Part shown: piece by piece, positions 19,232-29,939 of the stretch
How the letters are laid out: each line of letters opens with the position of its first letter
How positions within the stretch are numbered: the stretch's first letter is position 1
Assembly (NCBI GenBank): GCA_963542845.1
Contig: CAUTZA010000002.1
Location: 55,785-119,784 of the forward strand
Length of the DNA: 64,000 bases
Direction of reading: 5' to 3'
Source: an uncultured Eubacteriales bacterium
Lineage (GTDB): Bacteria > Bacillota > Clostridia > TANB77 > CAG-508
The notes under the pieces: generated by a model
The model's input: only the letters and a program-made list of their open reading frames with translations
What the model was told of the DNA's origin: nothing
The model's database searches: none
Made by a program: the position numbers and the translations under genes

Positions 19232-20935
19232 ATGAAGCACCTAGCTGTTATAGATGATTCAAAAGATTTTCTGAAAAAAATTGCATATAATATAATTTAT
19301 GGGAGAAAATTTAAAAAATTAAATATTGACAAGAGTTTATCAGACAGCTTAATAGATAGAAGAAAAGATTATTATGCAAAAGATATTCTTAAACTAATAA
19401 ATAAAAGCAAGAACAGAGATGAATTTTCAACTAATATTATAGATTATTTGAAATTAAAAGGAAGCAATGCTTATGCAAATTCATTATTAATAGGTAATGT
19501 TACAGGGAAGTATTATTTTAATAATTTTTATTATGATTCAGTTAAAGAATTAAACTTAGATGCATTTATCAAAGATAATGAAGACTTTATTCAAGATTTA
19601 AAATCACATTTTGTAGAATATGTTATAAGTAATAATAAACACAAAAATACTTTTGCAGAAAGAATACAAACTGGAAAATCTCTTATGAAGGATTTGTCTC
19701 AGGATTTAAATAAAGAAGAAGTGATTAAAGATTTTGATAGGGTATTAAATGGTGAAGAAACAAATGATGATTATACAAAGCCTCAAGTGGTATCAAATTA
19801 TTTAATGAAAACAATTGGTATATATACAAGAGAAGATATAAAGGAAAATTTTGATTTTGTGTTATATGATATAGGTAGAGGTGATAATAACAATATTGAT
19901 GAAAGAAGAAGAAAATATTTGTTGCACAGTAATTTATCAAATAATCAATTGAGAAAAATAGAAGAAGCAAAAGTTTTAAAACTAAGACTACAAAAAATTA
20001 ATGGAGAAGTATCAGAACAATTAATATCTAGATTAAATAATATAGAAAATAATTTAGATGAAAACATTACTGAACTTGAAGAGATATATAGTGATTATGA
20101 AGTTTTATCCAGAGAAGATTTAATTGAAAACTTATTTGTACCTGAATATGATGTTACAATTGTAGAAAATGTTTCAGATTTAAAACCACAGTTAATTCAC
20201 CAGTTTATAAGAAATCCAGAAAAATTTAGAAATAAGGAAATAGAGAAAATAAAAGAAAAAATTATAAAAGAAAGATTTGATAAAAATAATAGCCAAGAAT
20301 TAACAGAGGATGAACAAGAGAGATTAAATGAATTAATAAATAGAGTAGATGAAAATCTTAATCAGTATAAAGTTAATTATTCTACTGATGGTAAAGAAAT
20401 GATATATACTGATTCATCGGGGTTTGATAGATACAAGTCAGACACAAGTAATCAAATATCAGCATCAGTATTTGAAGGAAAAGAATTTGTTGAATCTCCG
20501 GAGGTTGGGATTATTGGAGTAGGTTTTAATGAAGAAACACTAACAACAGATGCAATTGCAATTTCTTCTAATAGTTATAAGACAACAAATAAAGGAATTA
20601 ATAATCTTGAATATAATGAAGAAAATGAGTTTGAAGAAATGAGTTCTACATTTTCAGAATTAATAAAATCAAAAGGACGATCTGAAATTGTTATGCATAG
20701 AAGAGGGATGGATTTTGATACAAAAGCAAGTTATATTTTTGCAACAATAGATAGTTCTAATAAAAAACAAACATCTGGAATAATGAATGAAATAGAACAA
20801 ATTAGAAAAAAAGAAGGCTTAAAAGTTGTAATATATGATAAATACAAAATCATAGAATCTATGGAAAAAGATAGACAATTACAAGATAAAGAAGAAAAAG
20901 ACAAAGACAAAGAGGAAGAAGATAGGGAGAGGTAA
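19232..20935 (+). CDS. hypothetical protein (567 aa, K/E/D-rich)
   Basis: Long uninterrupted ORF with a good RBS (AAGGAG). No recognisable motif. Confidence 0.5.
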   Translation: MKHLAVIDDSKDFLKKIAYNIIYGRKFKKLNIDKSLSDSLIDRRKDYYAKDILKLINKSKNRDEFSTNIIDYLKLKGSNAYANSLLIGNVTGKYYFNNFYYDSVKELNLDAFIKDNEDFIQDLKSHFVEYVISNNKHKNTFAERIQTGKSLMKDLSQDLNKEEVIKDFDRVLNGEETNDDYTKPQVVSNYLMKTIGIYTREDIKENFDFVLYDIGRGDNNNIDERRRKYLLHSNLSNNQLRKIEEAKVLKLRLQKINGEVSEQLISRLNNIENNLDENITELEEIYSDYEVLSREDLIENLFVPEYDVTIVENVSDLKPQLIHQFIRNPEKFRNKEIEKIKEKIIKERFDKNNSQELTEDEQERLNELINRVDENLNQYKVNYSTDGKEMIYTDSSGFDRYKSDTSNQISASVFEGKEFVESPEVGIIGVGFNEETLTTDAIAISSNSYKTTNKGINNLEYNEENEFEEMSSTFSELIKSKGRSEIVMHRRGMDFDTKASYIFATIDSSNKKQTSGIMNEIEQIRKKEGLKVVIYDKYKIIESMEKDRQLQDKEEKDKDKEEEDRER

Positions 20936-21038
20936 ATTTAGTTGACTATAAATTTAGGTAATTTTTCCCCCCTATTCTTGACATTGAGTTACTTGAAATA
21001 TATCCTTAAAGTAATAAGAATTTAAGGAGGAATAATTT

Positions 21039-21326
21039 ATGAAAAGAAATTTTTATAAAGGTGATATTGTTCAACATTTTAAAAGAGAAACAATAACTGA
21101 AGAACAATTAAAAGAAAAACCTAACTTATACTTGTATGAAATTATTGGTACTGCAAGAAATACTGAAAGCAAAGAAGAAGTTATGGTATATAAACCATTA
21201 TATCCAACAGAATGTATGAATGGAGTTGATTTTGTAGTAAGACCATTGGAAATGTTTATGTCAGATGTAGATCGAGATAAATATCCAAATATTTCTCAAA
21301 AATATCGTTTTGAATTAAAAAAATAA
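21039..21326 (+). CDS. DUF1653-like small protein
   Basis: 95-aa ORF (YKGDIVQHFKRE...LYEIIGTARNTESKEEVMVYKPLY) resembling the DUF1653 family. RBS AAGGAGG. Confidence 0.55.
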   Translation: MKRNFYKGDIVQHFKRETITEEQLKEKPNLYLYEIIGTARNTESKEEVMVYKPLYPTECMNGVDFVVRPLEMFMSDVDRDKYPNISQKYRFELKK

Positions 21327-21365
21327 TGAAATCAGTAAGAGATTTTTGAAATTAATAACTACGGC

Positions 21366-21399
21366 AAAAAGAGACTTAAATAATGTTTAAGTCTTTTTG
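21366..21399 (+). terminator. intrinsic terminator
   Basis: AAAAAGAGACTTAAA...TTTAAGTCTTTTT hairpin. Confidence 0.6.
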
Positions 21400-21466
21400 C
21401 ATATTATGATTTTTAATATAGAAAAAATGATTATAGAGTTGTATAATTTTAAATATAAGGTAGAAA

Positions 21467-22045
21467 ATGGAAGAAAAATTGAATAGATTGTATGCAGAAT
21501 GCATAAAAGAATTAAATATGGTAGGTATAGATATATTAGATGAAAAATACTATGGAAAAATAGATATATCTATTGCTAAGAGAAATAATAAGAGATATGG
21601 ATGTTGTAGACAAGAAGAACCTGATAATAAGTACAAGGTTGTGAGCAAAATTGGAAGAAGAAAGATAATAAAGTATGAAAGGTTTAATAAACATCATATT
21701 GAAATTAGTAAATGGGTCTTAGAACTTGAAGATAATATTATAAAAAATACAATAATCCATGAACTTATACATTGTATACCATATTGTAATAATCATGGTT
21801 CAGAGTTTAAAAAATATGCTAAATTAATAAATAATACTTATGGTTATGATATATCTAGAGTTGGAGACAAGAAAAAAGATTATGAAAAAAGTAACTTAGA
21901 ATATTCTGAAGGACAAAAGTATAATTATAAGGTGGTGTGTAAAGGCTGTGACCAAGAATTTTACAGACAGAGGATTAATAAAGATTTTACTAAAAAGTAT
22001 GTTTGTGGTAAGTGTAAGAGTAAGTTTGAGGTAATTAAGAATTAG
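21467..22045 (+). CDS. SprT-like zinc metallopeptidase domain protein
   Basis: HExxH motif (IIHELIHCI) plus C-terminal CxxC...CxxC pairs (CKGCDQ...CGKCKS). Confidence 0.6.
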   Translation: MEEKLNRLYAECIKELNMVGIDILDEKYYGKIDISIAKRNNKRYGCCRQEEPDNKYKVVSKIGRRKIIKYERFNKHHIEISKWVLELEDNIIKNTIIHELIHCIPYCNNHGSEFKKYAKLINNTYGYDISRVGDKKKDYEKSNLEYSEGQKYNYKVVCKGCDQEFYRQRINKDFTKKYVCGKCKSKFEVIKN

Positions 22046-22061
22046 TGAAAGAAGGACTTTT

Positions 22062-22956
22062 ATGAAAAAAATGCAGTTTCTAGGAATAAAATGGAAAGAA
22101 GGTGTTCCATATATATTATATTATGATAATTTCAATAAAAAGATGATCTATGAACAATGTGTTCGGAACAATTAAAATAAAAAAGGGGAAAAGAAAATAT
22201 TGCAGAGGTTATTACGATCTGTTAAAAAGAGAAAATATTCCATGTAGCTCATATGAGGATTTAACAGGTAGTGTATATTCACAGTGCAAACAGTGTCAAA
22301 TAAAATCAGGGTTTGATCTGTGCCTTAGATGTAATGGAAGTGATTGCAATAGTAGTAGTGAAAAAGCAAGAAAATTTTGTGGCCAGGAACACTATGTATA
22401 TATAGCATATTTTGCAAATGATAAATTTAAAGTTGGTGTTACAGCAGGTTACAGGAAATATGAGAGATTATTAGAACAAGGAGCAATATATTCTATATTT
22501 GTAGCAAAAACACCAAATGGGAAAATTGCACGACAAGTAGAAAATTATATATCAAGTTTAGGAATTGTACAAAAAGTTAGTGTGTCATATAAAATCAATA
22601 ATATTCTAAGTTACAAGGATGCTAAAGAAATAAAAAAACTATTGATAAATGAGTATCGTATGGTTAAAGATAAAATTGATAAGGTATATGAAGGGTATTT
22701 GATTAATCCAGAGTATAATAATTTTGAAAAAATGCTTAATGGAGTAAAAGAAAAGTTTAGTAATAGTGTAGAGCAACTAAATTTATTTGGAGAAAGTGAA
22801 ATTCAAGAATATATAACTTATGAAAAAGAGGTAGATCCAGAAAATATAGTTGGTGAGAACATGGCAACGATAGGAAGTATACTTTTGTTAAAAAAAGGAG
22901 ATAAGTATATAGCTGTAAATATGAAAAAACTTGAAGGATGGGAAGTAGAACTTTAA
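22062..22956 (+). CDS. DUF2797-like Cys-rich protein; predicted +1 shift at CGG 22164 adds a 34-codon N-terminal extension
   Basis: The ATG at 22062 (RBS GAAGGA) opens MKKMQFLGIKWKEGVPYILYYDNFNKKMIYEQCV, then CGG. Skipping the C enters the long 22150..22956 frame (G-TIKIKKGKRKYCRGYY...). Confidence 0.55.
22164..22167 (+). other. putative +1 recoding site, CGGA (DUF2797-like gene)
   Basis: GTT CGG A. It links the short ATG-22062 ORF to the 22150..22956 frame. Confidence 0.55.
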
Positions 22957-22990
22957 GTATATAATACAAGGAATAAAAGGAAGAGACAAA

Positions 22991-23509
22991 ATGGGGAAAA
23001 AACAAAATAAAAAGCATTTGCCAGTATTTGGAGTAGGACCATTAATTGTATTACCTCAAATAATATTAACAATTGTAGGAATAGTATTAACAGAAAAAGG
23101 AATATTTACAGATTGGAGTTTTAGAACATTAAAAATACCGCTATTAGTACTTGGGGTAGTTATCATATTTTGTGGAATACTACTATTTTATGGAGCAGTA
23201 TTTAAATCAAAAATAGATAGAAATATTAAGAAAAACATTCTTGTAACAGATGGAGTTTATGGAATTGTAAGAAATCCAATATATAGTGCATATTATTTGG
23301 TGTGCCTGGGGGTCATCCTTATAGAAAATAATTATATACTATTTTTAGTTCCAATTTTAGGATATGTATATATGACAATTATTTTAAAGAATACAGAAGA
23401 AAAGTGGCTGTTTGAGGTTTATGGAGAAAAGTATGTTGAATATTGCAAGAAAGTAAATAGGTGTATACCTAAAATTAGGATAATAAAAAAGGAGGAAGAA
23501 ATAATATGA
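22991..23509 (+). CDS. isoprenylcysteine carboxyl methyltransferase family membrane protein
   Basis: Multi-TM protein with the [16 protein letters not shown] motif (RNPxY). Confidence 0.65.
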   Translation: MGKKQNKKHLPVFGVGPLIVLPQIILTIVGIVLTEKGIFTDWSFRTLKIPLLVLGVVIIFCGILLFYGAVFKSKIDRNIKKNILVTDGVYGIVRNPIYSAYYLVCLGVILIENNYILFLVPILGYVYMTIILKNTEEKWLFEVYGEKYVEYCKKVNRCIPKIRIIKKEEEII

Positions 23510-24195
23510 TTAAATTAGTATTAGTGAGACATGGACAAAGTATGTGGAACTTGGAAAATAGGTTTACAGGTTGGACAGATGTTGAACTTTCAGAACAAGG
23601 AATAAAAGAAGCTAAAGAAGCAGGAAAAGTATTAAAAGAAAAAGGATATGGATTTGATGTTGCATATACTTCAGTTCTAAAAAGAGCAAATGATACTTTA
23701 GAATATATTTTAGAAGAGTTAGGAGAACAAGATATACCTGTGAAAAAGAGTTGGAGATTAAATGAAAGACATTATGGAGCATTACAAGGATTAAACAAAG
23801 ATGAAACAAAAGAAAAATATGGAGAAGAACAGGTATTATTATGGAGAAGAAGTACAGATGTAAGACCACCAGCATTATCTAAAGATGATGAAAGATATCC
23901 AGGAAATGATCCTAAATATATTGAATTAACAGAAAATGAATTACCAACAACAGAAAATTTGATAGATACTATAGATAGGGTTATGGTATATTGGAATTCA
24001 GATATAGTAAAAGATTTAGAAGAAGGAAAAAGAGTTATAATTGCAGCACATGGAAATAGTTTAAGAGGGCTTATAAAATATCTGGATAATATGACAGATG
24101 AAGAGGTTATAAAACTTGAACTTCAAACAGGTAATCCAATATGTTATGAATTAGATGATAATCTAAAACCAATAAGACATTATTATTTAAAATAG
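23506..24195 (+). CDS. gpmA: 2,3-bisphosphoglycerate-dependent phosphoglycerate mutase
   Basis: [41 protein letters not shown] and [16 protein letters not shown] overlap with the upstream gene. Confidence 0.93.
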   Translation: MIKLVLVRHGQSMWNLENRFTGWTDVELSEQGIKEAKEAGKVLKEKGYGFDVAYTSVLKRANDTLEYILEELGEQDIPVKKSWRLNERHYGALQGLNKDETKEKYGEEQVLLWRRSTDVRPPALSKDDERYPGNDPKYIELTENELPTTENLIDTIDRVMVYWNSDIVKDLEEGKRVIIAAHGNSLRGLIKYLDNMTDEEVIKLELQTGNPICYELDDNLKPIRHYYLK

Positions 24196-24273
24196 AAGTA
24201 TATATGTAAAAAATATTGAAATTTAATAAAATGTTGATATAATTTTAAATATAATCTTAAAAAGGAGAAAATA

Positions 24274-24627
24274 ATGGAAAATAAAGAAGAAAAACAAGAA
24301 AAAATCGAAAAAAACAGTGCCATTAAGCAAGGAATAAAAAATGGCGCATTAAGATTTGGAAAATGGGTGTTAGACTATGTTAAAAGTATAATAGCTGTAC
24401 TTTCAATATTATTTGGTATAACAGCACTTAGATTGATAGAAAGAGAGTCAACATATTTACCGCTTGGAATAGTGTTAATACTAATAGGGTTAATGGTAGC
24501 ACCAAGAATAAGTGAAATGACTAATAAGTTTGAAACATACAAGAAATATAAAATATTTATTGTAATAGCACTTGTAATAATTGCAGTACTATTATTTATG
24601 CTAGCAGGATATAGAATGTCAAATTAG
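24274..24627 (+). CDS. hypothetical membrane protein
   Basis: 117-aa ORF with three predicted hydrophobic segments. RBS AAAGGAG. Confidence 0.45.
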   Translation: MENKEEKQEKIEKNSAIKQGIKNGALRFGKWVLDYVKSIIAVLSILFGITALRLIERESTYLPLGIVLILIGLMVAPRISEMTNKFETYKKYKIFIVIALVIIAVLLFMLAGYRMSN

Positions 24628-24645
24628 TAAAAGCGATGAATGTAA

Positions 24646-24679
24646 AGAGAATTATCGGTAGGATAATTCTCTTTTATTT
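24646..24679 (+). terminator. intrinsic terminator
   Basis: AGAGAATTATC-GGTAG-GATAATTCTCT hairpin followed by a T-rich tail. Confidence 0.6.
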
Positions 24680-24795
24680 ATTTGTTATTTCTAAATTGCA
24701 TGTGTTTAATCTTGAATTTTATATATCAAGTAATATAATAGAATTAAGAGAATTTGATTTTAATGTATAAATATATAGGATTAGGAGGCACTAAA

Positions 24796-25551
24796 ATGAA
24801 TATAATTGATATAAATAGGGAAGGAACAAAAATTATAGTTATAATACATCCTATGTTATCATCTGCAACTGGAATGAAGGAAGAACTTGTAGATTGTATA
24901 GGAGGAGATTATAGGTATATAATTCCGGATTTAGCAGGACATGGTGAAACTAAAGGAGAGTACAATTCGGTTGAGGAGGAAGCAAAAAAAATAATAGAAT
25001 ACCTATTACAAAATGGAATTACTAAAGTTCTTTTTGGATATGGTGCATCTTTAGGAGGAGTGGTATTACTGAAAATATTTGAAAATGAAGCGATATCTTT
25101 TGGAAAGTGTGTATTTGAGGGATGCAGTTTATGGGAAAATTCATACATACTTGAATTTGTATTAAAAAATATATTTGTATGGAAACATAGAAAAGCTTTA
25201 AAAAACAGAAAATTAGCAGAAGAAAAGATTACTAAATTATATGGGGGAAGAGCAGGAAGAGTAATGGCAGATACATTTATACAAATGAGTGAAAATAGTA
25301 TTAAGAATATAATACATGATTGTTCAAATGTTGATATACCGAAACTTTCTAAAGAAGAACAAGAAAAGTGCATTTTCTGTTATGGAGAAAAAGAATTTGA
25401 TTTAAGAGGAGCTAGAAAAGTAATCCCTAAAAAGCTTCCATATGTTAAGGTTAAAATGTGGAAAGGCTATGACCATTGTGAAAAGGTAACGAAAGATAAT
25501 GGAAAATATTGTGAATTTTTAATAGAAGAAATAAAAAAAGTGGATGTTTAA
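24796..25551 (+). CDS. alpha/beta hydrolase fold protein
   Basis: The ATG at 24796 follows AGGAGG. A nucleophile-elbow-like GYGASLGG is present and the length fits the fold. Confidence 0.55.
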   Translation: MNIIDINREGTKIIVIIHPMLSSATGMKEELVDCIGGDYRYIIPDLAGHGETKGEYNSVEEEAKKIIEYLLQNGITKVLFGYGASLGGVVLLKIFENEAISFGKCVFEGCSLWENSYILEFVLKNIFVWKHRKALKNRKLAEEKITKLYGGRAGRVMADTFIQMSENSIKNIIHDCSNVDIPKLSKEEQEKCIFCYGEKEFDLRGARKVIPKKLPYVKVKMWKGYDHCEKVTKDNGKYCEFLIEEIKKVDV

Positions 25552-25656
25552 AATAACAAAAATTTGAAAGATATGTTATATAATTATAATATATCTTTTT
25601 TTAATAGAATAAATATGATAGATTTAAATTAATAGTTATAATAAAGGAGGAACATT

Positions 25657-26022
25657 ATGATAAAGATTAGAAAAGAATGGTATATAATGACTATACAACT
25701 TATAGTTTTTGTATTCTCACAAATAATAGCTAAAGCTACAGGAGAAATGTATGGGATATTATTAGTAATATTAACAGTATATCCTGTTTCGGTACTATTA
25801 CTATCTATAGCTATTTCATGGACGGAAGGTAAGATTAAATATTTATACCCATTATATGTTGCTCTAATTTTTTTACCAATTGCATATATATTTTTAAATG
25901 GTTCAGCATATAGCTATAGCCTTATATTCGCAGGAATATCATTATTTGGTATGTTAATAGGAATTATTAGTGATTATATATCAAAATTTTTTACTAAAGA
26001 GAAGGGGAAGAATAAAAATTAA
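25657..26022 (+). CDS. hypothetical membrane protein
   Basis: 121-aa ORF with four hydrophobic segments. RBS AAGGAGG. Confidence 0.45.
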   Translation: MIKIRKEWYIMTIQLIVFVFSQIIAKATGEMYGILLVILTVYPVSVLLLSIAISWTEGKIKYLYPLYVALIFLPIAYIFLNGSAYSYSLIFAGISLFGMLIGIISDYISKFFTKEKGKNKN

Positions 26023-26046
26023 AATTAATTTTAAAGGAGGAATGAT

Positions 26047-26841
26047 ATGAATGAATTTAATGTTTTTATGACTCCAATGTATATATTTGTATTCCTGTTC
26101 TTTATTGCGGCATTAATTGTTGATAAGAATAGGACTAAAATAATAGGATTTGCAGGAGAATTCTGGGTTCGTAAGGAATTAAATAAGCTTCCAACAGAAT
26201 ATCTTTTTTTAAATGATATTATGCTAGAAGTTGATGGTAAAACAACACAAATAGATCATATTGTGTTTTCTAAATATGGAATATTTGTAATTGAAACAAA
26301 ACAAAGAAATACATATATTACAGGAAATGAACATGATAAGTATTGGGTAGTAAAATCATGAAGAAAAAAACATTATATGTATAATCCAATATATCAGAAT
26401 TATGGACATAAGAAAGTGATAGAGCAAATATTAGGTTTAGAGGATAATCAGGTAATAGATATTATTTGTGTAAGTGGTCAAGCAAATTTGAGAATAAAGT
26501 CAAACAAAGTTGTTAGAGTAGAAAGAATAGTAGATAGAATATTATTTGAAAAAGACGAAAAGATAGAAGACTATGTTAGTATGGCACACAAAATAAATTC
26601 GATGAATATAGTTGATAAGAAGTATAGAAAACAACATATAGCAGATATAAAGGAGAATATTAATAATAATACGGAAGAATTAAGAAAAGAAGTTGTTATG
26701 AATAGATGTCCTAGATGTGGAAATGAGCTTGTTGTTAGAAAAGGAAAAGCAGGAGAGTTTGTAGGGTGTTTAAGTTTTCCGAAGTGTAGATATACAAAGG
26801 CAATAAAAAAGAAGAATACAGAAGATACGACATTATTTTAG
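26047..26841 (+). pseudogene. NERD-domain protein with C-terminal topoisomerase-type zinc finger, interrupted by an in-frame TGA (26359..26361)
   Basis: ORFs 26047..26361 and 26377..26841 are in the same frame and are separated only by TGA. The NERD domain spans the stop (GEFWVRKELNKL...IDHIVFSKYGIFVIETK...KYWVVKS*RKKHYMYNPIYQNYGHKK). The C-terminus has CPRCGNELVVRKGKAGEFVGCLSFPKC. Confidence 0.6.
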
Positions 26842-26851
26842 AGAGGTAAAT

Positions 26852-27325
26852 ATGGCAGATATACAATATGCAAATGCATATACAGAAGTTTTAGACATAT
26901 TAAGATATATATCTAAAGAAGATTATGAAAAGATACCAAAAAGTAAGATAAAAATTTTTGAAGAAAATAGTAACAAGAATTATAGTTTTAAATATGATGT
27001 GGATAAAACATTAGAAGAACAAAATGTTTCTGAAATAGCAAAAATGATAATTGCGATATTGTATAGAGATTATTTTGCAACTAAAGAACAAAGGTATGTG
27101 ATTATTAAAAAGCAAAGAGAGGCAAGAGAAGAACAAGAAAAACATATAAGAGAGAGAATAGAACAAAATAGACAAATAAAAGAAGATGACATAAAAACTA
27201 TAGATGTCTCAACCGATTTAGATTTGGATTATAATTATAATCAAGGTACAAGTTTAGAAATATATAGGAAAGATAATATTTTAAAAAAAATAATAGGAAA
27301 GATAAAGGATTTTTTTGGGTTTTAG
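26852..27325 (+). CDS. hypothetical protein
   Basis: 157-aa ORF, co-directional and tightly spaced with its neighbours. No motif recognised. Confidence 0.45.
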   Translation: MADIQYANAYTEVLDILRYISKEDYEKIPKSKIKIFEENSNKNYSFKYDVDKTLEEQNVSEIAKMIIAILYRDYFATKEQRYVIIKKQREAREEQEKHIRERIEQNRQIKEDDIKTIDVSTDLDLDYNYNQGTSLEIYRKDNILKKIIGKIKDFFGF

Positions 27326-27334
27326 GAGGAAAGA

Positions 27335-28282
27335 GTGGAAGAAAAAACAAAAGATAAAAAGGTTGTAACATTAAATGAGCTGGAAAATGAGGAGAAACAA
27401 GAGTTTAAAAAAGTTTTTCTTCATTTTACTAGAAAAAATAATCAAGAAAGTATAGAAAAAATAGGATTAAATCCTAATGTTAGAAAAGAAAATGCGGTTG
27501 GAAACGATAAAGAAGTACCAGTAGTATATTTTTCAGAAGGTTTGGATGGAATGTTTGAAATATTGAATACATGGGTAAGGACTGAATATTATATTAATGT
27601 ACAGCTTAAAAGAAGAATGGGATTAGATGTGAAATTTGGCCATGAAGAAGTTGATTCTGAAATTTTAAAAGAAGTACATGAAAAAATGTATGATGACTTA
27701 AAAGATAGAATATATTATAGTGTTGATTTAGAAGAAGGGATTGATTATGAAAAAGACGGTATAGACGATAAGAAAGTTGATTTAAAAACGAGATTAGAAA
27801 ATAATGATATACCGGAGAGTATAGTTGAAGATGTTAAATGGCAATATGGTGACGGAGAGTATGGAAACTTTGATGATATAAAACAGGAAAAGTGGAATAG
27901 AAATACAATTAGAGGAAAGGTTATAGAGCCTGAAAAATTAACACAGATAGTATCAGATAAAGGGGATGTGGATGCGTTAAACATAATGTTAGAAAAATAT
28001 GAAAAATATGATAAGACTAAGTTAGGAAACCTAAAAGAACTTGAAGGGCTTGTTGAATATTGCAAAGAAAGAAAAATAGAAGAACAAGAATTAGTAGTGG
28101 ATGAACAAAAAAATGAAGAAAATGCAAAAAAAGAAATAACAACACAAAGTCTGCTAAATCAAGTATATGATAAGTATACAGAAGTAGAACAAATGAGCTT
28201 AGTTGAAAAAACACTAGAATACGAAGAAAAAGAGATTGTGCAAAGGGAAGAACAAGAAATTGAAAATGAGATGGAAATATAA
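27335..28282 (+). CDS. hypothetical acidic protein (GTG start)
   Basis: 315-aa ORF with a GTG start 4 nt after AGGAGGA. No motif recognised. Confidence 0.45.
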   Translation: MEEKTKDKKVVTLNELENEEKQEFKKVFLHFTRKNNQESIEKIGLNPNVRKENAVGNDKEVPVVYFSEGLDGMFEILNTWVRTEYYINVQLKRRMGLDVKFGHEEVDSEILKEVHEKMYDDLKDRIYYSVDLEEGIDYEKDGIDDKKVDLKTRLENNDIPESIVEDVKWQYGDGEYGNFDDIKQEKWNRNTIRGKVIEPEKLTQIVSDKGDVDALNIMLEKYEKYDKTKLGNLKELEGLVEYCKERKIEEQELVVDEQKNEENAKKEITTQSLLNQVYDKYTEVEQMSLVEKTLEYEEKEIVQREEQEIENEMEI

Positions 28283-28285
28283 TTT

Positions 28286-28316
28286 GCCTTAAAAGCTATG
28301 CTTTAAGGCTTTTTTT
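28286..28316 (+). terminator. intrinsic terminator
   Basis: GCCTTAAA...TTTAAGGC hairpin followed by TTTTTTT. Confidence 0.6.
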
Positions 28317-28423
28317 AATTATATTAAAAAATATATTTTTATTGAAAATACTCTTGATTTTTTAGTATAGATTTTTATTGAAATTAATACAAAAATGTAA
28401 TAGAATGGTAACAAGAGGTGAGC

Positions 28424-29930
28424 ATGAAAGAAAGAATACTTGGGGGAATAAATAATGTATGTGGTTATACATTATTAATATTAATAAGCCTTATAACATA
28501 TAATTTTATACCAGTTGGAGCTATAGTAGGTACAGTAGCATTTTTTGCAATGTCATTACCTATTATTTTTGCTGTTCGGAATAAGTATTGTAGCACTTTT
28601 AATAGTTAGTCCTGTAAGTATATCTGTATATTTAATATTTTTAATGATTTTTGTGATGGAAACATTATTATTTAAACCACTTGTGAGTTTTGAAAATAGG
28701 AATGAAAGAAAAAAGGTAGGTACATATCTTATAGTAACAATGTTTGTGATTCAGCTTATAAACTTAGGTATAATAAGGAGTTTAACTTTTGCACTTATAA
28801 TGTTTGGGATATACAAGATTGCTGTTAATGGATTATCTGTTGTATTTAACCCTGAAAATAAGATAATATTCTCAGATGAAGAATGGCTTGCAGTTATTTT
28901 AACAACAATAATTGGAGTAGTATTTAATTATCAAATATTTAAATATGTAACATTGTTAGGACTTGGAATTTCAAATATATATATATTATTTTTAACAGTT
29001 GTAGCTGCAATAATTGTGGCAAAAAGAGGAGGGCTTCTTGCATTTTTGAGCTTAGGAATAGGGTATATACTGGTGAAAAATGTTACAGGATATAATGAAC
29101 TTGCAGTAATAAACTATAGGATGATGTATATTACAATATTTACATTAGTTCTTGCGGTAATACTTCAATTTAGAAAAAAATACATGCTTTCCACATTGTG
29201 GATTATAAATCTTATAATATTTACTACAATGTATTATGATATGAGCACATATATGTATATATTACTGCCATCAATAGTTGTTAGTATAATAATGTTAAGA
29301 GAAGGGAATTTTGATTTTTCTAAAATTTTAAATTCAGAGTACTTATTAGGAGATGGAAGTGAAAGAAGATTAAAACCAGCAGTAGAGAATAAAAAAGAAA
29401 TAAATTTAGAAGAAAATATAGATTTTGAAGAAGCAAAGAAGAAAAAGTATATAAGAGAAAAAATAGAAGAAGAAGACAATATTAGAGCATTTGAAGAAAA
29501 GATAATTTTAGATAAGAAAATTAAAAAGTTAAAAATATATAATCAAATAGTCTATTTTGACAAAATTATTAAAAATATATATCTAGAATGTATAAAAAAT
29601 GATATAAATTTAAATATTTATGAAATATGTGATATATTAAATATGAATAATCTTGTTGTAGATATAGAAGATAAAGAAGTTAGCAAAGAATTGAAAGTTT
29701 TAAGAGAAGTTTCTGTGAAAACTGTTTTAAATATGTATAAAAAAATAGAAAAAGAATATGAAAAAGAAAAGGAAAAACTTGAAGAAGAACTTTTAAAACA
29801 AGAGAAGGAAGAAAACATAGAAAATTTCGAACTACAAGAAGAAAAAACAAAAAGTACTATTGTAAGTAAGATAGTTGAAATAAATAAAAAGACAATTAAA
29901 AGTATAAAAAATAAACTTTTAAGAGAATAG
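28424..29930 (+). CDS. polytopic membrane protein with C-terminal coiled-coil region; needs a +1 shift at CGG 28577
   Basis: The ATG at 28424 gives MKERILGG...SLPIIFAV, then CGG. Skipping the C continues the hydrophobic segment (G-ISIVALLIVSPVSISVYLIF...) into the 28545..29930 ORF. Confidence 0.6.
28577..28580 (+). other. putative +1 recoding site, CGGA (membrane protein)
   Basis: GTT CGG A. It links ORF 28418..28609 to 28545..29930 within a hydrophobic segment. Confidence 0.6.
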
Positions 29931-29939
29931 GAGAAAATT

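Noticed and set aside
26359-26361. TGA reassigned as a sense codon (code 4 or 25), suggested by the in-frame TGA in the NERD gene.
   Set aside because: TGA ends several genes with classic ATGA start-stop overlaps (23506, 44651, 46688), and it ends the ORF at 53567..53569. No other conserved gene contains an in-frame TGA.
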